DNA of 63,788 nt, counting the filler, from Pseudogymnoascus verrucosus (lineage: Eukaryota), in the NCBI GenBank assembly GCA_001662655.1. It is 5 parts of 5 records of this genome, joined end to end, with 100 filler letters (N's around TTAATTAATTAA, not from the genome) between each part and the next. Parts side by side here need not be neighbours in the genome. Positions count along the whole stretch, not along the records: positions 40,348 to 52,258 come from KV460307.1; positions 52,359 to 63,788 come from KV460308.1; 3 more parts are not named here. One strand, 5' to 3'. Below are positions 51,438 to 63,788 of this stretch, piece after piece. The notes under the pieces are model-generated. The model saw only the letters and a list, made by a program, of their open reading frames with translations. It ran no database searches and was not told the DNA's origin. A program made the position numbers and the translations under genes. Positions within the stretch are counted from its first letter, which is position 1; each line of letters begins with the position of its first letter.

Positions 51438-52258
51438 TATGCCCGCCGCACACTCTTCACATCCGTATATCCGAGTACTCAGGCTTTGTATATCCTCTCT
51501 GGTCATTTTGTGCCATTAGTCCGAAGCGCTGACTGCCTGTTTCAAGCAAACGTCTTAAGTCCGTCGATTCCATTCCCTGTCAATGTTTACTAAACAAATG
51601 GTGTTATGGAAATCTTTCTAACTCGGCCTCGTCTTTCGGCTTCGGCCTTCGGACTTCGGTGATTTCGAATGAGCACATCTTGATTGCGCAGAATCACACA
51701 CTCCGCCTTTTACGTCTACCGTACAGTATGAGTATCCAACACCCGTGAATGAGGAAAGGTCCACAGAATCTGCAAGCTACCCTTTTATACACATTCATAG
51801 TTTGTCTTTTAAGGATAAACCTAGGAGCGGAGTCACTAAAATGCATCTTAAGAGTCTCAACGGACTTTATACCTTACATATCTTTACATATGCCTTTTAT
51901 GCTCATTTGCATGTAGATTCCTTAGCCCTCTATGTTATACCTAAGCTTTTTCTAGTTTCTTCAGCATTGTTTACTCCGTAGCATCTTTTATTTACTTAAA
52001 TCTATATATGTTTATATATCCCTCCTGTCTTGCTTTTCCATTATCGAAAGTCAACCTTTGCAACGTCTTTATCCATCGGATCATTGTCGGAGCATTACGC
52101 CTTCGAAATCCGATTTTCCATCTTTATCAACACAATCTCAAGTAGCTAAAGTTGTATAACCTTTAAAGCCACGTAATTGATAACCTGTGTAGCGCAAACA
52201 CTCTACACTCCTTATTCAAACCAGATCACATGACTTAAAATGTCGGCCGTTTTTTCTT

Positions 52259-52358
52259 NNNNNNNNNNNNNNNNNNNNNNNNNNNNNNNNNNNNNNNNNN
52301 NNTTAATTAATTAANNNNNNNNNNNNNNNNNNNNNNNNNNNNNNNNNNNNNNNNNNNN
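52259..52358. other. Artificial scaffold-joining spacer
   Basis: N44-TTAATTAATTAA-N44. Confidence 0.95.
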
Positions 52359-52937
52359 TCCCCGGTGTTGAAGGTTAGATCCCGTTGATGTTAGTCTGAG
52401 GTGCCTTAGGCTGAAAGCTGCCGACGGGTGAGAAAATCGGTTGTAGATTGGTAGTCAGGTCGTAGTCAAATCAAGGCGACCGCATTTATCTCTTAACATA
52501 TCGAGCAACTCTCATTTCTGGTCGTGGTATACAGAAACGCGCGGGGCATTTCGCGCCAAATCCGGCAGGGATCTGAGGTTATAACTCTGAATCTNNNNNN
52601 NNNNNNNNNNNNNNNNNNNNNNNNNNNNNNNNNNNNNNNNNNNNNNNNNNNNNNNTCCACACCCGTGCATGCATATAGCCATTGATTTGTCCAACATGCA
52701 GCAGGATTCTTCAGACCCGTATGGTTGCTTGCGGGGATCTGTGTATCCACTACTCCACAATGTGGGTTATCCGCTCGCTCCCACGGGGCCTAATATTTAG
52801 ATGATCGCCTCCTGTCCTGGGCGTGGACGAGTGAGTTTGTTCTCTGCTATTTCAAGCGTTCAGCATTATTGTCACTATTGCTGACACTGCCGCTATCACT
52901 GTCACTGTATCTGTTGTGTTTAATTCCCATCATCACC

Positions 52938-54688
52938 ATGAAGTTCTCAGCTGCAGCATCGTTTGCGACACTCGCTGCCACAGCGATTGCGGGCCAGGAT
53001 CCTCACCGCGTCTGTGTACGCGTCTCACCTCTATTCTATTCTTATATCTCTTCGTACCCACAGTTAACATAACAGAAACGCTGACCTGTGTCTAGTGCGA
53101 AGCTCTTGGAGCGGAGAAGCAGCTTCGCGGCAAGGTTCTGTTACCAGGGAGTGTAGGGTACGATGCGCAATTGAATACATACTACTCTGCCAATGCGGCG
53201 CTACACGCCTGGTGTATGGTCATGCCCGAAAGCACTAAGGATGTGCAAGCCACTGTCAAGATCCTTACCAAGAACCAATGTCCTTTTGGTATCAAGGCCG
53301 GTGGTCACTCGGCATTCAAAGGCTCCAGCGGCATCGCTAAGGGTGTCACGGTTGACTTTGGCCACTTGAACTCGACAAGCTACAACCCGGACACTGGGAT
53401 TGTCTCGATTCAACCTGGTGCAAGATGGGGTTCTGTGTATGAATTTCTCAACCCGTATGGAGTCGCTGCTGTCGGCGCGCGGACATCTGTTGTCGGTGTC
53501 GGTGGCTTCACCACTGGAGGCGGAGTATGCATTCTCTACACAGTGGGCAGACCGGCGAGCAAAGGCTAACAACCTCCTAGTATACCTTCCACAGCAACTC
53601 TCACGGCTTTTCTTGCGACGTGGTGACGAATTGGGAGATTGTTCTTGCAGACGGGAGCGTTGTCAACGCGAACTCCAACAATAATGCCGACCTCTGGAAA
53701 GCCCAGAAGGGCGCCTCCGGAAACCTGGGCTTCGTTACCCGGATTGACCAGGGTAAGCAATTGGACATATTTTAGAATGGTGGAGTTATGGAATCGACTG
53801 ACAATATAATCCCAGAGACTGTCAAAGGCACCCTGCTTTGGGGTGGCTTCACTAGCTACGAGCTGAGCGAGAGAGACAACGTCTTCGTCGCATACCTCGA
53901 CTTTGTGGAGAAAACCGAAGAGAACTCCCCCGACCAGGCCATCGTTGCCCTGTATTATGACTTTACTGGGTTTTCTATTCGATCCATCTTGACCAATAAT
54001 ATGGGCGTTGCTAATGCCCCCGCTTTCGATGGTTTCCTTGCACTGTCTAACACCTCCAGCACTGTGACCTCGGGACCCATATCTGAGATTATCCCCCAGT
54101 TTACCGGTCCCACGCCTCTTGGTCTCTAGTAAGTTTCAACATTCATCCCAGCTTCTGTGTGGTCTTTCATATAGTCATCTACTAACACCTTGTAGCGCCA
54201 ACTGGTTCACTGGTATGGCCACCAACACCCTTGAGGCCCTTACCATCATCGATGACCTACATCACAAATACGCCACCATGATGCAGGCCGCCGCACCCAA
54301 CTCTAACTTCAGCACCCTCGTCGAGTTACAGCCCGTCACCAACTCCATGGTCGATAACAGTGTGAAGCGCGGGGGCAACATCCTCGGCCTTGAGCGCGTG
54401 GTCAAAGACGGCCCAGTCCTCATGTGGCTTGTTTCGCTGACCGTCGACACTGAGGAGAACCAGAAGGTGATCCTGCCAATTGCACGCGAGTTCGTTGACG
54501 CCATTAATAAGGCGGAGAAGAAGGCTGGGCATTGGATTGATTGGGTCTACCTGAACTACGCGTGGAAAGATGAGAAACCTTTCAGTCATTACGGGAAGGA
54601 TAACATTAAGCTGCTACACACTGTGTCGAAGAAGTATGATCACAACGGTGTGTTCCAGAAGCTGCGCCAGACTGGCTTCAAGCTGTAG
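52938..54688 (+). CDS. Secreted FAD-binding oxidoreductase (FAD_binding_4 / BBE-like)
   Basis: Signal peptide MKFSAAASFATLAATAIA, IKAGGHS, VGVGGFTTGGG, DLWKAQKGASGNLGFVT, YLNYA...KYDHNGVFQ; four introns. Confidence 0.9.
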
Positions 54689-54931
54689 GTCTACAACGCT
54701 CGCTCTAGTACAAAAGAGCGGCAGGCTATTATANNNNNNNNNNNNNNNNNNNNNNNNNNNNNNNNNNNNNNNNNNNNNNNNNNNNNNNNNNNNNNNNNNN
54801 NNNNNNNNNNNNNNNNNNNNNNNNNNNNNNNNNNNNNNNNNNNNNNNNNNNNNNNNNNNNNNNNNNNNNNNNNNNNNNNNNNNNNNNNNNNNNNNNNNNN
54901 NNNNNNNNNNNNNNNNNNNNNNNNNNNNNNN

Positions 54932-55745
54932 TGCCAACTTTCGCTTCTGGGTGGACTTTCTCGTAAATCTCTGCAACTTCGCGAAGGGAATGCACCCATG
55001 AGACCAAGTTAAAAAACCCCCCTTTCTCTGCATCCGGACCCGTCACGACCTCGATACTGAACGCGCCAGCATCGGCTTCTGTAGTAAAATACCAGGGCTC
55101 GTTACCGGTTCCATAAACATCCATTGATCTCGCCCTTTGATTTGGGCCAGTGCTATCAGCGCCCTGGGGTTCCGGATCCCAAACGCCATCGTCAGCAGGG
55201 GTGAAGCCACGCTCCTTGTGGGAGCCAAAAAAGACTTCGGCCAGCATGCCAGTCAGAATATGCAGAGTCTTGATGCTGCTAGAGAGACTAGCTTGAGCGT
55301 GGAAGGCTATGTATGGATCGTAGACTTCCTGGTCGTGCAATGAAATGCGGCGCCAGTCGTAGTTCCAAGATGCAGCTAGGAAGCGCTGAAGTCACACATC
55401 AAATTATTAGCCAATTGATTGTGAATGCATGGCAAGAGCCTCGCCACCAACCTTGATTCCAGCCCGCTCTGCAGCGCGCAGGAGCAAGAGCTGCCCTTCA
55501 AGCGCTAACTCTGCAAGTCCGCCATACGCACAGATCACAGCATCGACACCTTTGACCGCTTTTTCCAGCGCGGAGATGTCGTAGTAATTCTCCGATTGCA
55601 CAAACGATTCGAGGCCGGAGAGAACGGCGGGATCGAGCTTTGATGGAGAACGGCCTAGCCCGCGGATTTCATGCCCTCGCTCCAGACCGGCGCGTGCAGC
55701 CTGCTTCCCAACGTTACCCGTGATGCCAGCAATCAGAATAAGCAT
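54932..55745 (-). CDS. NmrA-like NAD(P)-binding protein; 3' end lies in an N gap
   Basis: Rossmann motif ILIAGITGNVG, AAERAGIK-(intron)-RFLAASW, FTTEADAGAF. Confidence 0.85.
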
Positions 55746-56796
55746 TGCGGACGATGTGCTAAATGAGATTTAATTGAGGAGAGTAGGGTTATTTACTTCG
55801 AAAGCTCAACTTCCATTATATACTGAACATATAACCTTTAAGTGAACCTGGCAACTGGTAGCATATGATCTCCATGTAGATATTAAGGTGGGGTTAAGGT
55901 TCGGATTGTCATGATCTCATAGGTCGGCCCGCGATGAGCTAAAATGACTCATTCCCTGTCATGCAGTACCGAACGGGGTGCCCAATTCTCTCAAGTCTAT
56001 GGTTGCACACTGTATGTGATTGTTCTTACTATATAGCAGCATATAGGAAACTGCTCGACTGCTCCGTTTACTCACAGTCAGATCTGCAATTATGTGCCAG
56101 TGCTTGCCACTTCGGCGCCAGTCGGAAATACGGGGAATTTAACCCCGCGCTGTAGCGTCCGTGTCAGCCCGCACCGTAGCGTCGGACCTAAATTTCTCTC
56201 GCCGCGCCCTGAAATGGGCATATTAGGGGATTATGCGGTACGTACCGTGACTGCCCTTCACGCCGACGAGCTGCGCCCCCAACGCACGCGTGGTCGACTA
56301 TAAAGCTGATGGTCTTGGCAAACAAAATGATTTGGAATGGGAATAATTGAGAATTGAGAATTTGGAATAGAGGCATTTTGGAAGTGAGATGGGCGTGAGA
56401 TGGGCGTGAGAGCGTACGCTGCGCCATGGGGAACGGCGGCCGTGGTGGGGAGTTATTGGGGCGAAGTGGCCGAGAAGAAGGGGATGAAGGGGAGAGACGA
56501 TTGAAGATGAGGTGGATCAAGGTTGAAGATAGTATGAAGATTTGAGATGTGGTGAGGCTAGAGAAAGGGTGAGTTGAGGTCAGAGAAGAGGGAGCCTAGA
56601 TGGAATGGATGAGTATATAATCTCCTTGTTTCCCAGCGAAGTCTGTCTTTTTTTTCTATTCTATCATCAACATTCTCATCACCAGCTTCACCATTGCAGC
56701 TTCCAAATCTCCTTACTTTCATATACACAAGAAATTCGTTTCACCTCGCCTCATAAACTTTCACAGCTCCAAAAACAGCTCTTGCCAACCACCACA

Positions 56797-57435
56797 ATGC
56801 ATTTCACCCCCCTCATCGCCGCTGCTATCATCGCAGCCACCGCGGCTGCAACCCCTATNNNNNNNNNNNNNNNNNNNNNNNNNNNNNNNNNNNNNNNNNN
56901 NNNNNNNNNNNNNNNNNNNNNNNNNNNNNNNNNNNCCCGCAAGTCCTTCCCCGCCCTCGTCGGCTCCGGCGCCTCCATGGCCGCCGGCGTCTTTGGCCCC
57001 TGCGGCTTCAGCCTCCCGCACATGCACCCACGCGCCACGGAGCTCTTCGCGATCACGGCTGGCAAGGTGCACACGGAGATGGTTGTCGAGAACGGCGTGC
57101 GAGTGGGCAACGCAACGACCGGACGCCGCTTGATCGAGACGGATGTCGGTGCGAACCAGATGACGGTGTTCTATCAGGGTGCGGTGCACTCGCAGTTCAA
57201 CATGGGCTGTGAGAATGCGACGTTCGTGGCGGGCTTTGGGAGCGAGGACCCCGGAGCTGCGGTCGTTGATCAGGAGGTGTTGGCCTTGGCTGAGGGTACG
57301 TTCTTGGCGCCGTTTGGGACTGTGGTTGAGGGGCATGATGTGGACGCCTTTCAGGGGAAGATCTCTCCGAGCATCACCAAGGGCGTCGAGAAGTGCCTGA
57401 AGGCGTGTGGGATCAATAAGAGGGCTATTGTGTAG
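56797..57435 (+). CDS. Secreted spherulin/germin-like cupin
   Basis: Signal peptide, germin box PHMHPRATE, FYQGAVHSQFN, C-terminal CLKACGI. Confidence 0.88.
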   Translation: MHFTPLIAAAIIAATAAATPXXXXXXXXXXXXXXXXXXXXXXXXXXXRKSFPALVGSGASMAAGVFGPCGFSLPHMHPRATELFAITAGKVHTEMVVENGVRVGNATTGRRLIETDVGANQMTVFYQGAVHSQFNMGCENATFVAGFGSEDPGAAVVDQEVLALAEGTFLAPFGTVVEGHDVDAFQGKISPSITKGVEKCLKACGINKRAIV

Positions 57436-58028
57436 ATGCGGACAGGCTGATATGTCGGATTGGTATCAAGCTCCGGGATGAGACATTGCTTGCTTCTTGA
57501 TTTATTTATCTTACATATTTAGATTACTTTTAGAGTTGCATTTCGGAATCGTTTTCTATATGATTTACGTGTCTTCAGTGATTCGGGGGGCCATATGAAG
57601 CACGAACTAAGTCTTGGGATATTTGGTGCGTGGTGATTCAATGGATAATGAATATCGCAGTTATAGCGCAGTTTGCAATCGCGACTGTGGTAAAAGTTCT
57701 GTATATTTTGTGGGACTAGAGGATGCATTGGTTATCATGAGTCGATATTATATTACATCACAATCAATATATCACAGAGTTTCAAATGCAGTCTGATAAT
57801 GTGTATTTAACGATGAAGATATGTAGCCAGATCGACTCTTAAGCAAATGCCATGTTTCGCTAGAAAACAAAACAGGCAGTACGAATATAATCCTAAAATC
57901 TTCCGTACTATGCCGTCTCAATATAATATGCTCTTGCAATGGCCTCGTCTCGAGCAAAAATTATGCAGCGAAAAGAGAGATGTTAAAACGCGGCCTCCAG
58001 ATGCACGGCTGCAATCATCCAATGGATA

Positions 58029-58622
58029 TTAGGCAACGGATCCTCCTGTGATAGGAGCACGCGTCAGAGCCATGACTCCCCACTCGCGGTTTTGGTTCCA
58101 AGTGGCGATTGCATTTGCGAAATGACGGTCAAAAAATTGGGTTGAGTTTTGACGGATAGACTCATCCCATGCGGCTAGAGACATCATCAAGATAGAGCCC
58201 TGAATATGGTCCTCCGAGTCGATCCAATCCATGTGCTGGCGAGGCTGCAAACCTCTATAAGCAGGGCCGCCACCACTTGCACCTCCGCCTAGATACATAC
58301 TTGCAGCAGGAGATGGCGTAGGATTTTGATTGAGAGCATTGATGAGCGCCTCACGGTTTTTATTCCAGATGCCGATTAGGACCGTGAGACAGCCATCATA
58401 GAATGATAGGGAGCCATCCTCGGCAGATACGTCGCGTGCGTATACCGATACAGCCATAATGCCGCAGTGAATCCAATGATCCAACATACTCTCATCGGGT
58501 AGTGGTCTCAGCCCTGAATTCATTGCTTGGTGCACTCTGACCGCATCTGACTGGATAGCTCTGTTGGGGGGATTGTTCGCAAGCTGCTGGGCACCGGCAG
58601 ATGGCTCGACTGATGGCGCCAT
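58029..58622 (-). CDS. Hypothetical 197-aa protein with two internal ~52-aa repeats
   Basis: Intronless ORF with a good start context; the repeats end WNKNRE..INAL and WNQNRE..VMAL. Confidence 0.7.
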   Translation of the reverse strand: MAPSVEPSAGAQQLANNPPNRAIQSDAVRVHQAMNSGLRPLPDESMLDHWIHCGIMAVSVYARDVSAEDGSLSFYDGCLTVLIGIWNKNREALINALNQNPTPSPAASMYLGGGASGGGPAYRGLQPRQHMDWIDSEDHIQGSILMMSLAAWDESIRQNSTQFFDRHFANAIATWNQNREWGVMALTRAPITGGSVA

Positions 58623-59344
58623 GATGAAGAATAGAAAGCTACAGATAGTCAGTAACGATGTAAATATACCGATAGTAGATGTGAACCTACCTGAATTGTA
58701 CGGTTGGCAGTGAGGTTAAGGTGTGATGTAATGAAAACTGGAGCGATGGCTTCACTGAACTACAGAGAGTTAGTATTAAAATGCGAAGTAAAAATGAGGT
58801 TGTAGGCTCACCCGAGATCAACAGTGTGTATGATCTAGCGACAGTGAGGTCGAAGTTCGTTGGCGGTTGCCGATCTGATGCGAACTGTCGTGACGCGCAC
58901 AACAAACCTTGGGGAGTTAGCATTTAAATACTTAAGGATAAAGAGGTTATAAACTCACTTGAGGTAGCGGTGTTGATGTTTGCTCACTGCCGGAAATAGA
59001 TAATGAGTAAAATGGAGTTGATGCTCAAGAGGTATATTCAATCAAGAACTTTGAACGTTGGAGAGGAATGAGGTCGCTAAGTTATAAGAAGTCAGAAATG
59101 AAGTCCTATTGGGGACAGCTATAAAGAAAGAAGATGGGCGGTCTCAATAGCAAATGTTATGCTGTTGTGCAAAAACTTGGTGTGTCAGTATCAAATCTCG
59201 ATATGTGCAAATAGCATGTTCGGTGGTAGGCCATTTATCATTCAGAATAAAGTAAAGTTAATATACGCATCACTTCGATTGTGCCACAACAGCGTAGACA
59301 TAATTGATAGAGCTTTGAGATATGTGCTTGGTTTATACGCTATT

Positions 59345-60103
59345 TTAATCAGTATCTACAGAAACAAACTTTGCAGTAACCTGGGCAGACACAGTGATTG
59401 TCCTTGGTTCCAGCGCCGGCCCATCCATAGTATGACTAGCCATTTTGGCAGCCTGTTGGGCCATCTGGTGTTGTAGTTGTGGCATTTGCTGTTGCTGCAT
59501 TTGGCCAGCCGGCGGACCCCCAAAAAAGGATGGACGATAAGTAGAGTCGGAGGATGGACCATCTTTGATCTCAACGGCGACGACTTGCCTTCCAACAACC
59601 CCAGCATAGTCCTTGGCCTTTTGCACCGCATCCTCGATAGCCTTCACACGGGCCTCGCGCTCGATCTCCATGCGAGTAGGCCCGGTGAGTCGCCATTCCG
59701 AGCTAACGATGGACACATAAGGCATATTGGCAAGCTCGTGTGAAATTTCACTGAGAAGTTCAAGGTTGCGAAAGACGACTTCAGCAGTCGACCTTACGAC
59801 GAACTCCTTCGGTTTGGATTTGATCTCGCGGTAGCTACTGTCTCGTTGGAAGTACGACGATGTGTTCAATGGGGAGACTGTGAACGTAGTGATGCCAGCC
59901 AGTGGATGAGGACGTCCATCTTCAGTCTTTGTAGCAAAACTGCGAAACTTTTGGGTGAGCGTTTCAACAGTGCCTTTGACGTTGACAAAGGCTTGAGACT
60001 GATCTATACTGGTTGACGAAATGCTGAGGTGAACGACGCCACGTTCAGCCGTTCGGAAGACAGAACCCTTGCCATCAACATATATTTCAAGTTGAGGTGC
60101 CAT
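59345..60103 (-). CDS. SIMPL/DUF541 (YggE-like) domain protein
   Basis: IYVDGKGSV...AERGVVHLSI, EARVKAIEDAVQKAKDYA, C-terminal ITVSAQVTAKF. Confidence 0.8.
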   Translation of the reverse strand: MAPQLEIYVDGKGSVFRTAERGVVHLSISSTSIDQSQAFVNVKGTVETLTQKFRSFATKTEDGRPHPLAGITTFTVSPLNTSSYFQRDSSYREIKSKPKEFVVRSTAEVVFRNLELLSEISHELANMPYVSIVSSEWRLTGPTRMEIEREARVKAIEDAVQKAKDYAGVVGRQVVAVEIKDGPSSDSTYRPSFFGGPPAGQMQQQQMPQLQHQMAQQAAKMASHTMDGPALEPRTITVSAQVTAKFVSVDTD

Positions 60104-60501
60104 GATTTTGTGCGACAGGCAATATGAAGTAAGTTCTAATGGATGTCAAGGTTGATTGTTGAGATGTTGGATCAAGCAACCTTCGGGGTGGTCAACGAAG
60201 TCAAAGCTCAAGGCAACAGGATCATAAGCGAGCAATGGTGTTTCGAACCCATGCCTCTAACGCTCAATATTCATGAAGATAGAAAGCCCAAATATTCATG
60301 TTTCACGGTAATACCTAGACTTATAATAACCCGAATTGTTGTGATCTACAAATCTCATATGATGCCTGACGCTGACAGCGACAAGAACCAGGTGATGGCC
60401 AAGATGGCCAGTCGACATATCTGGGGCCGTGACTTCGATGGTCCCCAAGACCGCCTTAGATTATGTTGACTTCATTATTACAATTACCCACCATCTAATT
60501 G

Positions 60502-62100
60502 CTATGATATCTGCAATGTGCAGTCTTCGCCATCAGAAATCATCCCCCTCTCAACCCAGACTTCCTGCAGATCATCTCTAATCTTCCCCGCAACGACAAA
60601 GCCCCTCTGAGCCACCCTCGAAAGCATGCCCAGAATCGCACCCCTCTGTTCCTTCCCCCCAGCGCGCGACCCTGCCACTCGAAGCGGGAAAAACATCAGC
60701 GCCCCTGCAAGCCTTGACGTGTTCAGCGCCGCATCCGTCAACTGCAGTATTGCCGCCACGTGTGCCGCTACCTCGGATTTAGGCAGAATCGGCGCGTTGG
60801 GAGGAGCCCAATAAGGGAAATAGTCAAAGTTGCCGGAGAGGAAGATTAGAAGCGCATTATAATATGCGAGAGCGAGGAGAAGCGGAGAGCTGTCGCTAGT
60901 AGTGTCTCCCAGAAGCAACAATGCTTGGGCGTGCCACGCATACAAGTCATTTTGTATCGCAAGACCCTCAAAACCCAGAGCAGAAACAGCCGGATCAGTG
61001 TACCGTTGTAACTCGGGAATCTGCGAGACAATTTCATAGCCCCTGAAAGATGTTTTAGCTAAGGTTGAGTGAAGAAATGGGGGGTTGAAACGAACCGGAG
61101 ATTAAACGTGGCACATCGGATCATGAGAGCCAGAATCTCTTCGATTGGGTCCCAGATCCCATCGTTAGGTGCAAGTTGCTTGTGAAAATTCACCCAGGAG
61201 TCTTCTGCCAGTATCGTAGCCTCATTATATAGGAGGGCTCTGCTAGCTTCAAGCATGCGGAATATCCCATAGAAGGTTCGCCGCAGAGAGGACATGTTCT
61301 TGTCCGGGCTTGACAACCTGAGAATCATGGATGTACCATGGAGTATGTGCTTGACCCATCCATCACCAGATGGGTCCGTAAGTAGCTACGCAGGCTGTTA
61401 GGTACTTATTTCAGATTCGGATTTTCAGGACAAACCTCGAAGAGACCGAGGAAGAAGGTGCCCCATAGCACATCATCTCTCTGGGCAGCATCCTTTTCCG
61501 ATACACTCGCCTGAAGGACGCGAATAGAAGCACGGTACGAACTGAAAGCCACATACTGTGGAGATTCACGTCCCTTTGACACGCTGATCGAGCCTCGGCG
61601 ACTGGCGTCCAGGGCTCCGATTGCAACAGCGGAGTGGTACAGGAGCGGGGAAGTGCGAACCAGGTACAAAATCTCCGTGTCAAGGCTCTGAAAGCTTGCC
61701 GTAAACCGATTTTGCTGGATGAATAGGAGGAAGCAGCCAATAAAGCGTTCTGCAGGATCCCCGTTGGTTGGGATGCCTGACACTATATTAAGTTTGGGGC
61801 GACTCAACGCCGTCTGTAGTTTGGTCTCTCCGGAAGTATGCCCTTCCACAAACAGCACTGTGCCTGTACTTTGCTTTGGAGGCAAACATGATTTTCCCGT
61901 CTTGATGCAATACTTGCAGGGGAAGCCGCCCTCGCACTATATTTCTCAGTTAACCCATTTCCCGGCATCCATTCAAGAAGTCACCTCCCGACGTAAGGGC
62001 AATGACGCGAACGAACCTTAATCTTACGAGCAGAGCACGCACTGCAACGCTTAACCTGCCGACGCTTATCCGCAGGACCAAGTTTCCTTTTCTCAGCCAT
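60502..62100 (-). CDS. Zn(II)2Cys6 transcription factor with Fungal_trans_2-type C-terminal domain
   Basis: CSACSARKIK-(intron)-CEGGFPCKYCIKTGKSC, then LWGTFFLGLFE, GWVKHILHG, FFPLRVAG. Confidence 0.88.
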
Positions 62101-62668
62101 TGCGTTGGTATCAGGTAAAAGTAATATCGGCACTTGTTTGCCTTCAGGTTCGATCACGAATACACCCCGTTGAAGGCTCGTCCATTGTTCTAAATAGGCA
62201 ATAATAGGGCGAAAATAATGGGCAGGGACGAGGCATATTATAAAGCTGCAGCCACGTAATTTAAAGTTCCACCTCGCACTGACGCATTTTGTCTTTTGTG
62301 TTGAGGCTGAGATTTGAGGATGTCAGTGACACCCCGCTGGTTAGGCCGAATCGGGAAGCAATCGAGCGCGCAAGGCTTGGCGCTCAATTGTGGGACGGGA
62401 GATCTTCGGCGCAGCACCCACGACACACAGACAACACGGCCACCACACGCTTCATTGCTTCCTGTTCGGGCAAGTCTGCCTCTCCTTAGTTCTCTTTCTC
62501 CCTGTGATTACATTTAACTTTGAATACGCCTCGTAAGCCCAATACAATGAGAAGAGCCATGATTTGTATAAAACCAGCTGGAAGCCCAGTCCATGGAGAA
62601 AGAAGCATCAACAACAGATCATTCACTTCGCACACCACCTTCCAGCGAAACAACTTCCATTCTTTACA

Positions 62669-63698
62669 ATGCTCGTCCCTACCGCATCCCTCGGAGGTCT
62701 CTTGACGCTCCTCCCGCTCATCTCGTCAATTGCCCATGCGACGACACTTCCAAAACCGCCAGGCCCATTCGATGTCTATTACAACACCGCAAAGATGGTG
62801 GACGGGGGCCGAATCGACCCCTTTGACCCAAAAAAGGGCCATCGCGCTGTCATGACCTCGATTTACCTGCCAGTTCGNNNNNNNNNNNNNNNNNNNNNNN
62901 NNNNNNNNNNNNNNNNNNNNNNNNNNNNNNNNNNNNNNNNNNNNNNNNNNNNNNNNNNNNNNNNNNNNNNNNNNNNNNNNNNNNNCGTGATATTCTCCCC
63001 GGCCCAGAACACACCGAGGCACCTGTACGCATTAATCGCCCAAGCCGTCGCGAGCCACGGCTACATCGTCGTCTCAATCGACCATCCATATGATGCCGAC
63101 GTCGTCGAGTTCCCCGATGGATCCACTGTTTATGCGATCGACATGACCGACGAACAGATTACGGTGGATGTCGATACTCGAGCTGGGGATGTCTCTTTCG
63201 TGCTCAATCAGCTTACTTGCCCTGGAAGCGTGAAGGATNNNNNNNNNNNNNNNNNNNNNNNNNNNGCAAGCTATGCTCCGCGACAAGCGTATTGTCGGAG
63301 GCATCAATCTCGACGGCTCCTTCTTTAGCACAGTTATGAACAAAGGACTCGATCGCCCGTTCCTCATTTTCGGGCATGAGAACAAGACGCAGGCGACTGA
63401 CGATAGCTGGGCAGAGACTTGGTCGCATCTGCGATCGTGGAAACTCGAGCTGGGCTTGGCTAAGTCGCAGCACTACACCTTCTCCGACTTGCCAGCTTTG
63501 TTGAACGTGCTTCATGCGCCGCAAGAGATTCTCGACGCAGCTTCGGGGCGGGTCGGGACTTTGGATGGACTGAGGGCCTTGGATATTGTGCAGACTTATG
63601 TGGTCGCCTTCCTTGATCTCGTCCTTCGCCATAAAAACCCGAAGATCCTCCACCAGACAGTGGCCGAGTTTCCCGAGGTATCAATTGTTGATAAATGA
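62669..63698 (+). CDS. Secreted PAF-acetylhydrolase-like alpha/beta hydrolase
   Basis: Signal peptide, ASHGYIVVSIDHPYD, GGINLDG, HYTFSD. The nucleophile motif presumably falls in the N gap near 63239-63265. Confidence 0.85.
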
Positions 63699-63788
63699 TT
63701 ATACTAAGTATCTATATATTAAAGGGAGGAATAAAGGCTTTGGATTGTTACTAGTAGGATGTATTAAAATATAAAGAACAGCTCTATA

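Noticed and set aside
51840..52258. TA-rich scaffold end as a specific transposon
   Set aside because: Looks RIP-like, but no identifiable coding motif or terminal repeat.

Overview
Filamentous-ascomycete DNA with short GT-AG introns and CTAAC branch points. A Leotiomycete such as Pseudogymnoascus is my guess from gene style only. The window is not one locus: it is five scaffolds joined by artificial N44-TTAATTAATTAA-N44 spacers (12-mers at 13730, 27386, 40292, 52303), and it has many internal N gaps. Scaffolds 1-3 carry mostly housekeeping genes: an F-box protein, HMG-CoA reductase, tRNA-Ala(TGC), a hexose transporter, an ankyrin protein, glucosidase II alpha, NDK, a FLILHELTA protein, AP-1 mu, a RhoGAP, MSH3 and Rab-GGTase beta. 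Scaffold 4 (40348-52258) is the most interesting. It holds a Zn2Cys6 regulator, a GH3 glucosidase destroyed by RIP-type stop codons, a variant 5S gene, and a CocE/NonD hydrolase flanked by two paralogous unknown proteins. Those paralogs share an HPEH..E..HxxxE motif set reminiscent of PhlG-type zinc C-C hydrolases, and the promoters share multiplied CGG-containing motifs. I propose this as a candidate undescribed catabolic or detoxification cluster; the function is inferred, not shown. Scaffold 5 carries accessory-type genes: FAD oxidoreductase, NmrA-like, spherulin-like cupin, an orphan two-repeat protein, SIMPL, a Zn2Cys6 factor and a PAF-AH-like hydrolase.
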